A stretch of 64,000 nt of DNA, from NCBI RefSeq assembly GCF_040938485.1, contig NW_027271478.1:1054001-1118000 (forward strand). The letters are read 5' to 3'. Each line of letters starts with the position of its first letter. Positions within the stretch are counted from its first letter, which is position 1. The position numbers and the translations under genes were made by a program. The notes beneath the pieces were generated by a model that saw only the letters and a program-made list of their open reading frames with translations, was not told where the DNA came from and ran no database searches. Source of the stretch: Diadema antillarum (taxonomy: Eukaryota). Positions 62,701 to 64,000 of the stretch are shown here, in pieces.

Positions 62701-62850
62701 TGCCCTTTCCCCGCTTGGTTTCCCTCAAAAAACAGTAAAAGTTTAGGGATTGAGAGCTTCCTATATTCCAAATGTCTGTCCAAAAAAATCTCGTTACATT
62801 TAGTGTCAAAACGCACCCACCGTGAAAAAAAGCTGGTGACGCCCCTGGAG
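59740..62850. repeat. Cluster of G/C-tract elements with internal minisatellites
   Basis: Ends CATGGGCGTC (~59740), CAGTGGCG (~60550, 61192) and GACGCCCCTG (~62840). Tandem units are ~130 bp (60190-60530), ~120 bp (61240-61760) and ~260 bp (61840-62620). Confidence 0.65.
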
Positions 62851-63549
62851 TGACATTTCAGCGCGAAGCTGAGTATAAGAATTCCGATAACACGTTCCTG
62901 TATTCAAAGCTCGACAGAGATTTACCATTGTATTTCTGTATTTGTCAACAAAGGTTTTTTATCACAACAGCAAAACCAAGGACTTTCACTGAAGACACGA
63001 GTACTCTTCTGAAGGATAGCCTCACATGTTGACACGTTTTGTTTTGTCTTATTTTGTTTTGTTTTGTTTTGTCTTGTTTTTGGAAGGGGTTAAATATCAT
63101 CCGATAACCCTTTTGGTTATTTTCAAAGCATTTTCACCTCTAGAACACACATTGCCTTGGGAACTCACATTTACTGTGGAACTTGGAATTCCTCCAAGCT
63201 TTCGCTATTTGTAAGTCCCTTTTGTGTCTCTCCTTCCCTCTCTCTATAGTATATTAATATATATAATATATTTATCTATCTCACTCATTTTGCTCATTCA
63301 CATCTGAAATCGGGGATAATGTCGGTTAATGTTCAATATTCACATTATATTTTTATGAGAGTTGTTTTGTGCATTTTATGAATTTTTTGTGTTACCACAG
63401 TGAATTCTTTATTGTTTTGAGAAATATGTAAATACACTAAACTGAAACCGAAACAAATGGGTGATCATATTTTCTTTTCATTGTCTCAAATTGTCGTTAT
63501 GATACCATCAATGGACAAGACTTTAATTAGGTTATTGTGTCCATGCAAT

Positions 63550-63720
63550 GGGCCGAATGCATAAAACAAGCAATTGCTTGTAAGCAATTGCTTCAAGCAA
63601 AAGCACAAGCTCGTCTAGCAAAAGGTCTAGCTCAAGCAATTGCTTAAATCCATATGCATAACCTTTTGCTTATGCTAACACCTTTTGCTTGTCCCGCACA
63701 AGCAATTGCTTGCGTTTTCA
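63550..63720. repeat. Harbinger-like left end with AAGCAATTGCTT palindromes
   Basis: It starts GGGCCGAATGCATAA. The partner end was not found in the window. Confidence 0.4.
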
Positions 63721-64000
63721 ACAAAAGGGACTTCACGCCTGTGCGAACACAAGAACAAAGGCGAGTGTGACAGCATGTATTTGAAAGGGCATGTGTGTGT
63801 GGAAACATTTCCTGACATAGCAGAAGAGACAAGCAGACACATACACACACATCTACACACACATACGTATTACTGGCTGATTCTCATCACTGCAGCTTTT
63901 AGTAGCCCGGGTCTGCCAGATCGCACGCGGAGAGAGGTCTCCTTGCTCTCTACCGAAGTCAGACATCCTACCCGATTTTCATCACATTTTGCGTGCTAAC

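Overview
This is AT-rich, repeat-dense eukaryotic DNA. The repeat families suggest a marine invertebrate, probably an echinoderm, but that is inference. The only host genes are four SLC35G1-like (EamA/DMT-fold) transporter genes with uninterrupted coding sequences: one divergent copy on the minus strand (7434-8540) and three near-identical tandem copies on the plus strand (43745-44920, 49793-50941, 53989-55137). Most of the rest is nested mobile DNA, and I could read termini and target-site duplications (TSDs) for many elements directly. These include the 5' end of a SCAN-type Ty3/gypsy element with a tRNA-Gln primer site, a Sola2-like element, a decayed 5.8-kb Academ with rearranged transposase remnants, and a 9.27-kb element bounded by AcademH-type TAGTCT/AGACTA ends and a perfect 9-bp TSD with no recognisable transposase. 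There is also a tandem Helentron-type (HINE/DINE-1-like) array, Kolobok-, Harbinger- and MULE-type MITEs (the MULEs carry TTAGGG-like repeats), three 21-32 bp P-like palindromic micro-insertions, a Crypton remnant, Penelope-type hammerhead-like motifs on both sides of the third transporter copy, a tRNA-SINE and LINE remnants. About 1.8 kb (1961-3748) is duplicated at 38597-41057. Two assembly gaps are present. All family assignments rest on termini, TSD length and protein motifs recalled from memory; no database search was run.
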